A DNA stretch of 64,000 bases from Candidatus Zhuqueibacterota bacterium (GCA_016928775.1 JAFGKD010000069.1:70658-134657), one strand, 5' to 3'. Shown: positions 37,904-47,393, numbered from the stretch's first letter. Notes: a model not told the origin generated them from the sequence alone. Translations and numbers: made by a program.

Positions 37904-39835
37904 TTAATTCGTTGCTGTTCGGATGACAAGATAAACTGCTGCCAATTGACCAAGGACCATGACAGTGTCGTAAAAGACCTTCCACCAATCATGATCTTTC
38001 TCACGCGGGATGAAAATACGGTCACCGGACTCAAAGAGTTTGATATCATTGACGTCTTTTATTTCACCCGTGACTTTGATAATTTTTGTCCGTTTTCGAT
38101 CCGCATCCCACGTATAGCCGCCGGCTTTTTGAATATAATAGTCAAAGTGTGCCCCCGGAACGAAAAGAATGCCGCCTGGTTTTGAGACACGACCCGACAC
38201 ATACACAACGTCCGGTCTTTTGGGGACGTGAATGATATCGCCATCTTTGAGCAGTACATCTTCAGATTTGTCACCTTCGATCATCAGCTTGTGGAAATCG
38301 ACAACGACTCGGTTGATATTATCCGAGTTGTGCTTCATGACCAGATACTCATATTCAGAATCGCTCATATCCGCCCGCGACATTTGCGACAGACGTTCAA
38401 ACTCTTTATCCTCAATTGGCATTTCATATTTACGTTCCAGCTTGGATTCGCCGATGAGCGCATCCTCGGTAAAACCGCCTGCCGCCCGTAAAATATCGCT
38501 CAACCGTGTGGAGTCCAGGATGATGGGATAAAAGCCCGGAAACCTGACCTGGCCACGTACCTGGACCAAAGCACCAAGTTCCCAATTGGGAATTTTGCGG
38601 ATAAAAACATGATCGTCCGGCTCCAGCACAAGATCGACATCCTTGTCGCCGTCCATTACGCGCTGGAGATCGAGACGAATATTGGTAATTCTGTTGCCGG
38701 GATCAACTTTGGCGACCTCCACTTCCAGCATGTAGGCGCTGCGGGTGAGATTGCCGGCATGCAGTATCAGGTCACTGACGCGCATGCTTTGTTGAAACTC
38801 ATACAAACCGGGATGATTCACCTCACCATATATCGCCACAGAATCGCGCGGCGCCTGATCCTCAAGGGAAAAGACGCGAATGCGGTCCCGATCAACGAGC
38901 AACAGATTTTTCGAGTCATCCGCGCATGGGTCGGATGAAAAATCAACATAAAATACCTTGCGACTGCCGGTCTCGGTGACGCGGCTCACTTCTATTTTGT
39001 GCATGTAGGAAAATCGAGTCAAACCGCCTGCCAGCTCTATGATATCGCACAAGCGCTCCGGTCGGTTGGGATTCAACTCATAGATTGCCTCGCGGTTGAC
39101 CTCGCCGATCACATCTACAGAATTTTTCGCCACCGGGACAAAAATAATGTCGCCGCTTTGCAAAGAAAAACTCTGACGGCCTTTGGGACGCAGCATATAA
39201 TCGTACAGGTCTACCATAGCCACCAGGCTATCCTGGCGCAAGACCTGGATGTTGCGGAACGAACCTTGCGCCGTGATTCCCTGAGCTTTTGTGATGAAAT
39301 CGAGAACAGAACCGAGAGCACTGCTTGAATAGTTGCCCGGTTTGCCCACTTCACCAATGATACTGACACCAACCATTTTGGGCATCGTGAGCATGATGTT
39401 TAAACTGTAATTGCTGTACACCGAGCTGAGTTTGGCATCGAGGAGCGCACGAAACTTTTCCATTGTGAGGCCATTCACATACAGCACACCAACGGTCGGC
39501 ACATAAAGCTGACCATCGACGCTGACGCTCATCTGGAACTGCTCTTGCGCCTTGCCACCGAGAAAAATTGTCAATTGATCGCCCGGCCCCAGCAGATAAT
39601 CCTGCGGCAGCGCTCCGCCAAGAAATGGTTCCTGAGTGAATTGACCCGACTGGAACAAGTTGGAGCCAAACCGCTGCAATCCCGTTGCGGCGACATCTGC
39701 CGTTTCGGGAGGATATAAATTTTGTATGGATGCCCGAGTGTTGCTTTTTGAGGCAGTCGAATTCGATTGAGCCAATACAACAGGTGCAATCAATACAAAA
39801 AGGACAAAAAATGTCGCGATGCTGTTATCTCTCAT
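37904..39835 (-). CDS. Polysaccharide export protein (Wza-like, Poly_export plus multiple SLBB domains)
   Basis: PES motif YLLGPGDQLTIFLGG and repeated SLBB-like units (GDIIFVP, GDIIHVP, GDRIFIP). There is a C-terminal hydrophobic helix (VMVLGQLAAVYLVI). Confidence 0.85.
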   Translation of the reverse strand: MRDNSIATFFVLFVLIAPVVLAQSNSTASKSNTRASIQNLYPPETADVAATGLQRFGSNLFQSGQFTQEPFLGGALPQDYLLGPGDQLTIFLGGKAQEQFQMSVSVDGQLYVPTVGVLYVNGLTMEKFRALLDAKLSSVYSNYSLNIMLTMPKMVGVSIIGEVGKPGNYSSSALGSVLDFITKAQGITAQGSFRNIQVLRQDSLVAMVDLYDYMLRPKGRQSFSLQSGDIIFVPVAKNSVDVIGEVNREAIYELNPNRPERLCDIIELAGGLTRFSYMHKIEVSRVTETGSRKVFYVDFSSDPCADDSKNLLLVDRDRIRVFSLEDQAPRDSVAIYGEVNHPGLYEFQQSMRVSDLILHAGNLTRSAYMLEVEVAKVDPGNRITNIRLDLQRVMDGDKDVDLVLEPDDHVFIRKIPNWELGALVQVRGQVRFPGFYPIILDSTRLSDILRAAGGFTEDALIGESKLERKYEMPIEDKEFERLSQMSRADMSDSEYEYLVMKHNSDNINRVVVDFHKLMIEGDKSEDVLLKDGDIIHVPKRPDVVYVSGRVSKPGGILFVPGAHFDYYIQKAGGYTWDADRKRTKIIKVTGEIKDVNDIKLFESGDRIFIPREKDHDWWKVFYDTVMVLGQLAAVYLVIRTATN

Positions 39836-40004
39836 GTCTTTTGGCGTTGTTGGATATTTTACAGAAAGTAGATAATTAATCCTTTTTAAACAATAAAATT
39901 ATTAGAGTTAGCCAATATTCACCGGCGCTTTGTTATCGATAGGATCAAGCAACAAAACAGCATACAAAATGTCGATTATTGTGCTGACAAAACAATCAAT
40001 GAAG

Positions 40005-40020
40005 AGCAAAGACAATGCCA
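40005..40020 (-). promoter_or_regulatory. Candidate sigma-54 (-24/-12) promoter of the wza-led EPS operon
   Basis: The minus strand reads TGGCATTGTCTTTGCT, compared with the consensus TGGCAC-N5-TTGCW. The GG-N10-GC spacing is exact. It lies about 170 nt upstream of the wza-like start codon (39835). Confidence 0.55.
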
Positions 40021-40083
40021 TTATAGCCTGTTTATGGCTCATGTAGTTTTGACGCGCGGCTTTAAGCCGCAGCCAAATTACAA

Positions 40084-40196
40084 GCCACGGATGAGCACGG
40101 ATTTTTCGGCTTTGCTTCGAGAAAGCTTTGGGACTAGAGGCTAAAAAGGCTTAAAATGAATGATATGATCTGTGTTTCATCCGTGTGCATTGTGGC
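40084..40196. promoter_or_regulatory. Repeat set upstream of the sigma-54 promoter (candidate enhancer/UAS)
   Basis: CACGGAT occurs at 40087-40093 and 40096-40102, and inverted (ATCCGTG) at 40179-40185. The longer arms GCCACGGATGAGCACGGAT (40084-40102) and ATCCGTGTGCATTGTGGC (40179-40196) form an imperfect inverted repeat. Confidence 0.3.
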
Positions 40197-40269
40197 TCAT
40201 AAATTTAAAAAATGAGCGACATTTTACTGCGGCAAAAAAACAATATGAGTGGACATGACGATTATCACT

Positions 40270-40851
40270 TTATCGAAGCAATGCAATCTGGCGTGTCAGC
40301 CGAATAGAGCCGGCCTGAAAAATGCAGAAATAGATGCCAGAGGCCACCTTTCTACTGCTATCGTCGACACCATCCCAGTGCGTGCGATATGAGCCGGCCT
40401 GAAATTTCCCTTGTTCCAGAACAGCTATTTTTTGACCCACGGTGTTGTAAATGGCAATTTCGATAGCATGATCTTCCGGCAGATAAAAGTCAAATGTCGT
40501 GCCGCTATTGAAAGGATTCGGAAAATTCATCAGATCGTACTTTTCCGGCAACGTCAACTCTGCTTGACCGGATGTCGAAACCTCATTGGAGTAATCACTT
40601 TCGTTGCCCCAATAATCGATGGCAGTCACTGTGAAATAATAGCGAATATCGGTTTGCAGGTTTTCAATTTTATACTCGGTGCGATCGCCAACATCCCGGG
40701 AGTATGGATAGTCTCCTGACTCGGTGCCCCAGTAAATACGATAACTCAGAATAAGATCATCAACAGGATTCCATTTCAATGTGACGGCCCGGCTGTAAAC
40801 CTGCGTCACGACTGTAAAAAAGAGGATAACTAACAAAAAATAGCGCATCAT
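40270..40851 (-). CDS. Small secreted fibronectin-type-III domain protein with T9SS C-terminal sorting domain
   Basis: Start taken at the MM at 40851 (MMRYFLLVILFFTVVTQVYS, a signal peptide). FN3-like segment (VTLKWNPVDDLILSYRIYWGTESGDY...YYFTVTAIDYWGNES). CTD is NFPNPFNSGTTFDF...RQIALLR. Confidence 0.8.
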   Translation of the reverse strand: MMRYFLLVILFFTVVTQVYSRAVTLKWNPVDDLILSYRIYWGTESGDYPYSRDVGDRTEYKIENLQTDIRYYFTVTAIDYWGNESDYSNEVSTSGQAELTLPEKYDLMNFPNPFNSGTTFDFYLPEDHAIEIAIYNTVGQKIAVLEQGKFQAGSYRTHWDGVDDSSRKVASGIYFCIFQAGSIRLTRQIALLR

Positions 40852-40883
40852 CTCGTTCCTATTTGCTGCACTGCAAACCCTGG

Positions 40884-42017
40884 TTAGCTGTGTTTTCGCC
40901 AACCTTCATGTGTTATGTTGTGTTGAGAGATTTTGTAATTTAATGCGCGCGGCGAGATTCCGAGCAGTTCAGCGGCTTCTTTTTGCACCCACTTTGTACG
41001 TTGTAGCGCTGCCAGGATAGCTTCCTGTTCAATTTCATTCAGGTTCAAGGTTCGAAAACTTGTGCCCTCCCGCTCACTCGTACGGCGTTCACGGCCGCCA
41101 GCAGCGAAATAGTCTCTGCCGGACATCGACAACGCACTTGGGCCAATTGCCTTTCCCTCCGAAGCGATCAGTACAGCTCGCTCAACAATATTACGCAGCT
41201 CGCGGATGTTGCCGGGCCAGGAGTGGTGCAACAAGACACCCAGAGCTTCCTTGCTAAAAGGCCCCACATCTTTTTTTAGCTCTGCTAAAAATTTGCGGCG
41301 AAAATATTCGGCCAAGAGAGGAATATCTTCTAACCGCTCTCGCAGGGGTGGAAGATGAATGGAGACGACATTCAATCGATAGTATAAATCTGCTCGAAAA
41401 TTGTTGTTTTCCATCTCTTCCCACAAATCTTTGTTCGTTGCGGCAATGATCCGTACATCAACCTTGATATCTTTATTTCCGCCGACCCGCGTGAATGTCT
41501 GCTCCTGCAAAACACGCAGGATCTTGGCTTGCGTGGATGGGTGCATATCGCCGATCTCATCCAAAAAAAGCGTGCCGCCATCAGCTTGCTCAAATTTGCC
41601 ATTATGTCTCGCAAATGCACCAGTAAAGGCGCCTTTCTCATGTCCGAACAGTTCGCTCTCCAACAGTTGCTCATGCAAGGCGGCGCAATTAACGGCAACA
41701 TATGGACGTTCAGCACGCAAACTGTGTGCCTGAATGGCACCGGCGATTAATTCTTTTCCAGTCCCGGTTTCCCCTTGTATAAGAACAGAAGCATTGCTCT
41801 TGGCGATTTTACTGATCAGTTGATAGACGTTGCGAATCTCGGTATTACGGCTCAATTTGGGATAATAGAGTTCAAAGCCGGAAAAGTTGCCATACTCTGG
41901 TTTTGTCAGATTCAGTATATCAATATCGTCTTCATTTATGTCCAGCAGAGGATCGACAAAACGTTCACTCATGACGGTTTGTAACCTTTGTTTAAGAGGT
42001 GAATTACAAAAATGCAA
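40884..42017 (-). CDS. Sigma-54-dependent transcriptional activator (bEBP) lacking a recognisable sensory or receiver domain
   Basis: AAA+ Walker A GETGTGKE, the sigma-54 contact loop GAFTGA, DEIGDM, and a C-terminal Fis-type HTH ([18 protein letters not shown]). Only about 60-75 aa precede the AAA+ core. An alternative ATG lies at 41972. Confidence 0.88.
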   Translation of the reverse strand: MHFCNSPLKQRLQTVMSERFVDPLLDINEDDIDILNLTKPEYGNFSGFELYYPKLSRNTEIRNVYQLISKIAKSNASVLIQGETGTGKELIAGAIQAHSLRAERPYVAVNCAALHEQLLESELFGHEKGAFTGAFARHNGKFEQADGGTLFLDEIGDMHPSTQAKILRVLQEQTFTRVGGNKDIKVDVRIIAATNKDLWEEMENNNFRADLYYRLNVVSIHLPPLRERLEDIPLLAEYFRRKFLAELKKDVGPFSKEALGVLLHHSWPGNIRELRNIVERAVLIASEGKAIGPSALSMSGRDYFAAGGRERRTSEREGTSFRTLNLNEIEQEAILAALQRTKWVQKEAAELLGISPRALNYKISQHNITHEGWRKHS

Positions 42018-42055
42018 TTGTTAATATACAAAAATATTGGACGCATTACAATACT

Positions 42056-42922
42056 TTATAGTTCGTGAAAATGCGCAAACTTTTTAATTTTATTTTGAAA
42101 TTCTTGAAATGAAATAACACCTTGCAGAAATGGCGGCACGGGTCGATGCCAGGTGTCCAGCGCTTCGAGCAATGATGGTCGCTCCAGGCCGATGTCGCGG
42201 AGCCTTTTTATATCGGCGAAAAAGTCACAAGGATTTCCGTCGTAAACAAGCTTTCCAGCATGCAGCGCAATAACACGATCCGCGACTTCGGCGACAAAAT
42301 CCATGCTATGCGAGACAATGACGATTGCTTTTCCTGCCTCGACGAGTCGCCTGACGATCATGGCAAATCGTTGTACGCTTTTCGGATCGAGACCAGCAGT
42401 CGGTTCATCAAAGACGAGCATGTCAGGTTGCATGGCCAAAACGCCAGCAATAGCGACGCGCCGTTTTTCTCCCTCACTGAGATGGAATGGAGAGCGATTT
42501 CGAAAAAGTGCCGGATCAAGCTCCATGGCCTGCATCGCTTCAACGACTCGTTGTTCAATATCCACTTGCTGGAGACCCATGTTTTTCGGTCCAAACGCAA
42601 TGTCTTTTGCCACGCTCTCTTCAAAGAGCTGCGTTTCCGGAAACTGGAACACCAGGCCAATTTTTTTGCGTAGCACACTCTTGCGAAATGATTTCGCCCA
42701 GATATCCTGATCTCCATAAAAAACATATCCACTCGACGGCTTGAGGAGTCCGGTGAAATGTTGAATGAGCGTTGTTTTGCCTGATCCACTTTGACCGATG
42801 ATTGCGACGCATTCATTTACACCGAGGGAGAGCGTGATATTGTTCAGGACATCTTGTGTTGAGGCGCCAATACCGGTATATTTAAAGCAGAGATGTTTTA
42901 AATGTAAATAATTATCCATCAC
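42056..42922 (-). CDS. Energy-coupling-factor-type ABC ATPase (EcfA/CbiO-like)
   Basis: Walker A GQSGSGKTT, the Q-loop region VFQFPETQLF typical of EcfA, signature LSEGEKRRVAIAG, and Walker B MLVFDEPTAGLD. Confidence 0.85.
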   Translation of the reverse strand: MMDNYLHLKHLCFKYTGIGASTQDVLNNITLSLGVNECVAIIGQSGSGKTTLIQHFTGLLKPSSGYVFYGDQDIWAKSFRKSVLRKKIGLVFQFPETQLFEESVAKDIAFGPKNMGLQQVDIEQRVVEAMQAMELDPALFRNRSPFHLSEGEKRRVAIAGVLAMQPDMLVFDEPTAGLDPKSVQRFAMIVRRLVEAGKAIVIVSHSMDFVAEVADRVIALHAGKLVYDGNPCDFFADIKRLRDIGLERPSLLEALDTWHRPVPPFLQGVISFQEFQNKIKKFAHFHEL

Positions 42923-44259
42923 AATCCAGATGTTGGTCTGTCGGCCCTGAGTCGCTGTATTTCATCCTCTGATTTGGCTGCCAGGATTTGAAGAGTCCGT
43001 TCGGCAAACGAATCGGTCATTCCGGCGACATAATCGCAGACAGCACGGGCAAAATGTGGATTACGCTCCAGTTCTTTTCTCATCGCCGCTTTCTGATCCG
43101 ATGTGCCCGCGTAAACAAGCTGCTGTTGTGCCGCATTTAGACAACGCTGCAGTCGATATGTGGGCAGCAAGTTTGGAAACAAATAGTAATATTTAAACAG
43201 CCGGCGGATCGTCGAGGTAGCAGACTCGTCACTGCGTTTTTCCGCGGCTCGGGCAATGATTTCACGCATGATAAATCGATCGAGCTCATGTTGTAGCGGA
43301 TCGACACGCGAGCTGAACCAAACCAGCCGCGCATCAAAAAAATTTGTTCGCTTCTCGCGCCGGTGAAACTGGCGCATGACCCGCAGCGTCTCCTCGATCA
43401 CATCAGTCATGAGAAAATTGACCAGCTTGCGAACCAAAAGATTGCGGTACACAAAGTCATTGCTCGTCGCGCTGAATTCAATATGATATGTACGTTCTAC
43501 GATCCTGACAATCGGTAGTTCCCGGACTTTGGCTAATGACACATAGTCAGCACGAAGTCCGTCTTCCAGATCATGCGTGCGCTGGGCAATTTCATCACAA
43601 ATTGCCACGATTTGTCCCTCAAGGGTGGTGGCATGATCCAGCTCATAAAAGAGACCCCGCATCCGAAAGTCAGGGAAATTAATATCATGACGCCGCAAGC
43701 GAGTATGTTTTAAAATCCCTTCGCGCACCGGTGCTGTTAGATTCAAGCCTTCAAAGTCGTATTTTGTCTCGTTTATATCGACAATGCGGACACTTTGATA
43801 ATTGTGTTTGAATCCGCCGACATCACCGATTTGAAGAACACCATCCAGTGAATCCTTGCCTTTCAAGATAGCATGCAAGACGACTTCACCGATGTGCCCA
43901 AATGGCGTGTGACCAAGATCGTGGCCAAGTCCTGTGGCTTCGGTCAAATCTTCATTCAAACCCAAAGCACGCGCCATGGTTCTGGATAACTGCGACACTT
44001 CAACGGTATGGGTCAAGCGAGTGCGATAGTGATCGCCGTAACTGGTGAGAAACACCTGTCGTTTATGCTTGAGCCGGCGAAAAGCGCGCGAATGGATGAT
44101 ACGATCGCGATCACGCTGAAACGCTGTGCGATAGCTGTGTTCCGGCTCTTGAACAAGACGAGTCTTGGCCGCATCTGAACTTTGTGCCGCAAATGGCGAA
44201 AGCACGCGGCGTTCAATCTGCTCCAGAGCTTGACGATTTCGAAAATTATAGATATCCAT
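42919..44259 (-). CDS. dGTP triphosphohydrolase-like HD-domain protein
   Basis: FQRDRDRIIHSRAFRRLKHKRQVF, RTRLTHTVEVSQ, and GHDLGHTPFGH. Confidence 0.9.
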   Translation of the reverse strand: MDIYNFRNRQALEQIERRVLSPFAAQSSDAAKTRLVQEPEHSYRTAFQRDRDRIIHSRAFRRLKHKRQVFLTSYGDHYRTRLTHTVEVSQLSRTMARALGLNEDLTEATGLGHDLGHTPFGHIGEVVLHAILKGKDSLDGVLQIGDVGGFKHNYQSVRIVDINETKYDFEGLNLTAPVREGILKHTRLRRHDINFPDFRMRGLFYELDHATTLEGQIVAICDEIAQRTHDLEDGLRADYVSLAKVRELPIVRIVERTYHIEFSATSNDFVYRNLLVRKLVNFLMTDVIEETLRVMRQFHRREKRTNFFDARLVWFSSRVDPLQHELDRFIMREIIARAAEKRSDESATSTIRRLFKYYYLFPNLLPTYRLQRCLNAAQQQLVYAGTSDQKAAMRKELERNPHFARAVCDYVAGMTDSFAERTLQILAAKSEDEIQRLRADRPTSGL

Positions 44260-44262
44260 CGA

Positions 44263-45051
44263 TTATAAATCAACCCTAGTGCGCTGGCGTTGATTAAAAA
44301 CAGAACATGTCATATAACCAATCTCTTTGAGCATGGTTCTGGTTTTTGCAAAATCAGCAGCGACCTCGCTCGGGTGGTGAGCGTCAGAGCCCATGGTCAC
44401 GGGAATATTCAACTGAAATGCGTGCTCCAGGATATCCCGCCCGGGATAGATTTCACCGGGCTCTTTGCGCAGCCCCGACGTATTGACATCCAAAACCAGA
44501 TCATTTTTTTGCAGACGCACCAGCGCGGCGGTGATGTTGTCGCTGATGTCATCTGTTGGAGCAACACCTGTTTTTTTCGGCAAATCGAAATGGCCAATGA
44601 TATCATAAAGTCCTGTGTCAGCCGCTTCTTGTATCAATTGATAATACAGGGTATACAACCTGTTCACGCCAATCTCATCAAGACGATGCGCCAGGGCGGG
44701 ATTGGAAAAGTCCCAATCCGCGACAAAATGTACCGAGCCAATAACATAATCGAATGGATATGCAGCCAAAAATTTTTCGATAAACCTCATATGGGGCGGT
44801 AAATAATCTGCCTCCACTCCCAAACGAACGATGATGTCAGGATAGTTTTTCTGCGCCGCCAATACGTCGTCAATATAAGTATCCCAATCCTCAATGGCCA
44901 TACGGCCGGTGGGATCATCCAGCTCGGGAACAGGAATATGTTCAGCAAAGCCGATTTCGCTCAAGCCTTTCTCTATAGCTGACTCGACGTATTGATAAAT
45001 ATCGCCGTGGCCATGTCGACAGAGATAACTGTGCAGATGATAATCGATCAT
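44263..45051 (-). CDS. PHP-domain histidinol-phosphatase family protein (HisJ-like)
   Basis: IDYHLHS, GFAEH, GVEADY, GSVHF, GHFDL and GSDAH form the full PHP metal-ligand set. Confidence 0.85.
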   Translation of the reverse strand: MIDYHLHSYLCRHGHGDIYQYVESAIEKGLSEIGFAEHIPVPELDDPTGRMAIEDWDTYIDDVLAAQKNYPDIIVRLGVEADYLPPHMRFIEKFLAAYPFDYVIGSVHFVADWDFSNPALAHRLDEIGVNRLYTLYYQLIQEAADTGLYDIIGHFDLPKKTGVAPTDDISDNITAALVRLQKNDLVLDVNTSGLRKEPGEIYPGRDILEHAFQLNIPVTMGSDAHHPSEVAADFAKTRTMLKEIGYMTCSVFNQRQRTRVDL

Positions 45052-45143
45052 ATGATGTTGCTTGTTGGTCGTGCTGTCTTTTCTGCATTTCTGTGGTCGC
45101 GTCGCGCGACTTGTTTATCGCTTGTAACTCACGCCTGTTTATT

Positions 45144-45980
45144 CTAGGATTTGACGGCAACGGCCGCCGCATAGCCGACGACATAGCCTCCTTTTGCGCC
45201 CGTCACGTCTGCAGAATTTGAACGCGCAATAACCTGAGGCTGTTGGGCGCCCCATTTTTCCGCGATAATTTTTAGCGCGGTTATGGGGCCAGCGCCACAT
45301 GCCATCACTTTCTGATTGTTTGAACTGAAACAAAACTGAATGGGACTGTCATTTTCCATGCTGTGTAACGTGGCGTCATCCATACGCTGGCATTCACTGT
45401 AAGAGTGGCCGTGATAGAGATCGGAACTGGCGACAATCAGGGTGTGATCCGGATCAAAAACAGTGGCGACTGCCTCTCCCAACTGCCGACAATTATCCCA
45501 ACTATAATCATGAAAAACCAGCGGCACGATCTTGAAATCATGCAAAACCATCTGTAAAAAGGGCAATTGAACCTCGAGGGAATGTTCAGCGCGGTCGCCC
45601 ATCGACTCGTGTCCCGTGCTGCTCATATGAATATTTGACGCGGCATCAGCTAATGTGGTCACCCCGGGCTCATCGACCGGAACTCGACCAAGTGGCGTCT
45701 CATAGCAGTCACCATTGAAAGCAGAGACACCATCAATAAAAGCACCATGACTTGGGGCAATCAGTACGACCGTCGCATATTTTTTTCCTTGAATCTGCTT
45801 GTATGCTAGTGCCGCTGTTCGTCCCGAAAAAACATAACCAGCATGCGGCGAAACAAGCCCGACAATCCTTTCAAAGCCAAGCTTTTCAGACATCTGCAAA
45901 TAGCTGTTGATGATCTGTTTCAGTTGATCAGCATTGCCGGGATAAAACTGATCCGCCCACGCTGCGTGACGTACTCGCAT
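45144..45980 (-). CDS. Memo-like protein (AmmeMemoRadiSam system protein B family)
   Basis: AWADQFYPGNADQL, SPHAGYVFSGRTAA, IAPSH and SSDLYHG motifs. Confidence 0.85.
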   Translation of the reverse strand: MRVRHAAWADQFYPGNADQLKQIINSYLQMSEKLGFERIVGLVSPHAGYVFSGRTAALAYKQIQGKKYATVVLIAPSHGAFIDGVSAFNGDCYETPLGRVPVDEPGVTTLADAASNIHMSSTGHESMGDRAEHSLEVQLPFLQMVLHDFKIVPLVFHDYSWDNCRQLGEAVATVFDPDHTLIVASSDLYHGHSYSECQRMDDATLHSMENDSPIQFCFSSNNQKVMACGAGPITALKIIAEKWGAQQPQVIARSNSADVTGAKGGYVVGYAAAVAVKS

Positions 45981-46093
45981 GGTTTCCTCCGCAGATTTTT
46001 GCTTGTTTTTCTCACCTATTTTAGTAACTTTTTAAGCCAAATAAAAGCCAAATATTGGAGTGAAAACTGCAAACCTCCCCGTTTTTTACGCTG

Positions 46094-46624
46094 GTGCAAT
46101 CACGAACAAGTGTACGCCGTTTTCAGGACAAACCGGTTGAACGGGAAAAGCTGATGCACTGTCTTGAGGCAGCTCGATTGGCACCGTCCGCTGAAAATGT
46201 GCAACCCTGGCGTTTTGGTTTTGTTGATGATCCAATCGTAAAAACAAAACTGGTCAAACATGCATTCAGCGGCATCTACCGTGCGACACGTTGGGCTGAA
46301 CAGGCACCGGTGCTCGTCGTGATATGTGCCCGACTGGATGTTGTCGCCAACCGTCTTGGCAAGCAAATGACCGGAATTGACTATTATCTCATCGACATTG
46401 GCATTGCCGGCGAGCATTTTGTTCTCCAGGCGCAAGAACTTGGACTCGGAACATGCTGGATTGGCTGGTTCAGTGCCAAAGGTGTGAAAAAGGCATTGCA
46501 TGTTCCGAAATCCTATCGCCCGATTGCGCTATTGGCGGTCGGCTATCCGCGGCAAAACAGTGTTCGACAACGAAAACGAAAAGTGATAAAAAATATTCAT
46601 TTTTATAACGAGTACGGACAATGA
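46094..46624 (+). CDS. Nitroreductase family protein
   Basis: TSVRRFQDKPVEREKL..LEAARLAPSAENVQPWRF; GTCWIG. GTG start. Confidence 0.85.
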   Translation: MQSRTSVRRFQDKPVEREKLMHCLEAARLAPSAENVQPWRFGFVDDPIVKTKLVKHAFSGIYRATRWAEQAPVLVVICARLDVVANRLGKQMTGIDYYLIDIGIAGEHFVLQAQELGLGTCWIGWFSAKGVKKALHVPKSYRPIALLAVGYPRQNSVRQRKRKVIKNIHFYNEYGQ

Positions 46625-47313
46625 AAAATCCACCCCTTATCCAAGGCACACTGCTTAAAAGATATAAACGTTTTTTAGCCGATATCAAACTGCTGAATGG
46701 CAAAGCGATCACTGCTGCCTGCCCCAATACGGGCAGCATGCGTTCATGTAGCGAACCGGGAAGTTTGGTTTATTTATCCAAAAGTGATAATCCGAACCGG
46801 AAATACCAATACACTTGGGAATTCATTTTCACAAACGACACATTGGTCGGCATCAACACCCAGGTGCCGAATAAACTGGTCTTTCGGGCTGTCAAAAAAG
46901 GACAGATACCGGAACTCGCCAACTATGACACAATCCGCAAGGAAGTCAAGCTTGGCACCAACAGTCGCATAGATTTGCTTTTGGTAAATGAAAACGAAAG
47001 ATGTTATGTAGAGATTAAAAATGTCACCCTCGTCGAGGATGGCATCGCCCGCTTTCCGGATGCGGTTACGGAACGTGGTGCAAAACATGTGCAGGAATTG
47101 ATGAATGTTGCTGAAAAAGGCCATCGCGCGGTTATGTTCTATCTCGTACAGCGGGGAGATGCAAACCTTTTTCGCCCCGCTGCGGATATTGATCCGACCT
47201 ACGCGGACCTCCTCAAAACGGCTTATGCCAAAGGTGTGGAAGTCCTCGTTTACGATGCGGATATTAACCTCGAAGAAATCAATATTGGCAAAAGATTGCC
47301 AATCGAGCTGTAG
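46621..47313 (+). CDS. sfsA: Sugar fermentation stimulation protein SfsA
   Basis: GTLLKRYKRFLADI, CPNTGSM, RIDLLL, VEIKNVTL and TERGAKHVQEL. There is a 4-nt overlap with the upstream gene. Confidence 0.9.
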   Translation: MKNPPLIQGTLLKRYKRFLADIKLLNGKAITAACPNTGSMRSCSEPGSLVYLSKSDNPNRKYQYTWEFIFTNDTLVGINTQVPNKLVFRAVKKGQIPELANYDTIRKEVKLGTNSRIDLLLVNENERCYVEIKNVTLVEDGIARFPDAVTERGAKHVQELMNVAEKGHRAVMFYLVQRGDANLFRPAADIDPTYADLLKTAYAKGVEVLVYDADINLEEINIGKRLPIEL

Positions 47314-47393
47314 AGAACTGTCGCCTAAATGCCACACGAATTACAATCCTTGTGCAATATTTCATTTTTGTCCATTGGGAAAAACACCCCTGT

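Noticed and set aside
39880-40269. The inverted arms and TGGCTCAT repeats could mark a MITE or a small RNA gene.
   Set aside because: There are no target-site duplications, no second copy in the window and no terminator-like end. The position relative to the sigma-54 element fits enhancer sites better. The sRNA alternative cannot be excluded without expression data.
42919-44259. dGTPase-like gene as an anti-phage nucleotide-depletion defence gene.
   Set aside because: It lies in a housekeeping-looking operon with no other defence genes, mobile elements or compositional anomaly. The sequence is the common Dgt-like HD protein found in most genomes.
45144-45980. An AmmeMemoRadiSam three-gene system.
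   Set aside because: Only the Memo-like B component is present. No AMMECR1-like or radical-SAM partner is adjacent, so no system can be claimed from this window.
46036-46050. GG-N10-GC pattern (minus strand TGGCTTTTATTTGGC) upstream of the Memo-like gene.
   Set aside because: Only the minimal dinucleotides match, and the -24 and -12 flanks are poor. This pattern is expected by chance about once per 256 positions.
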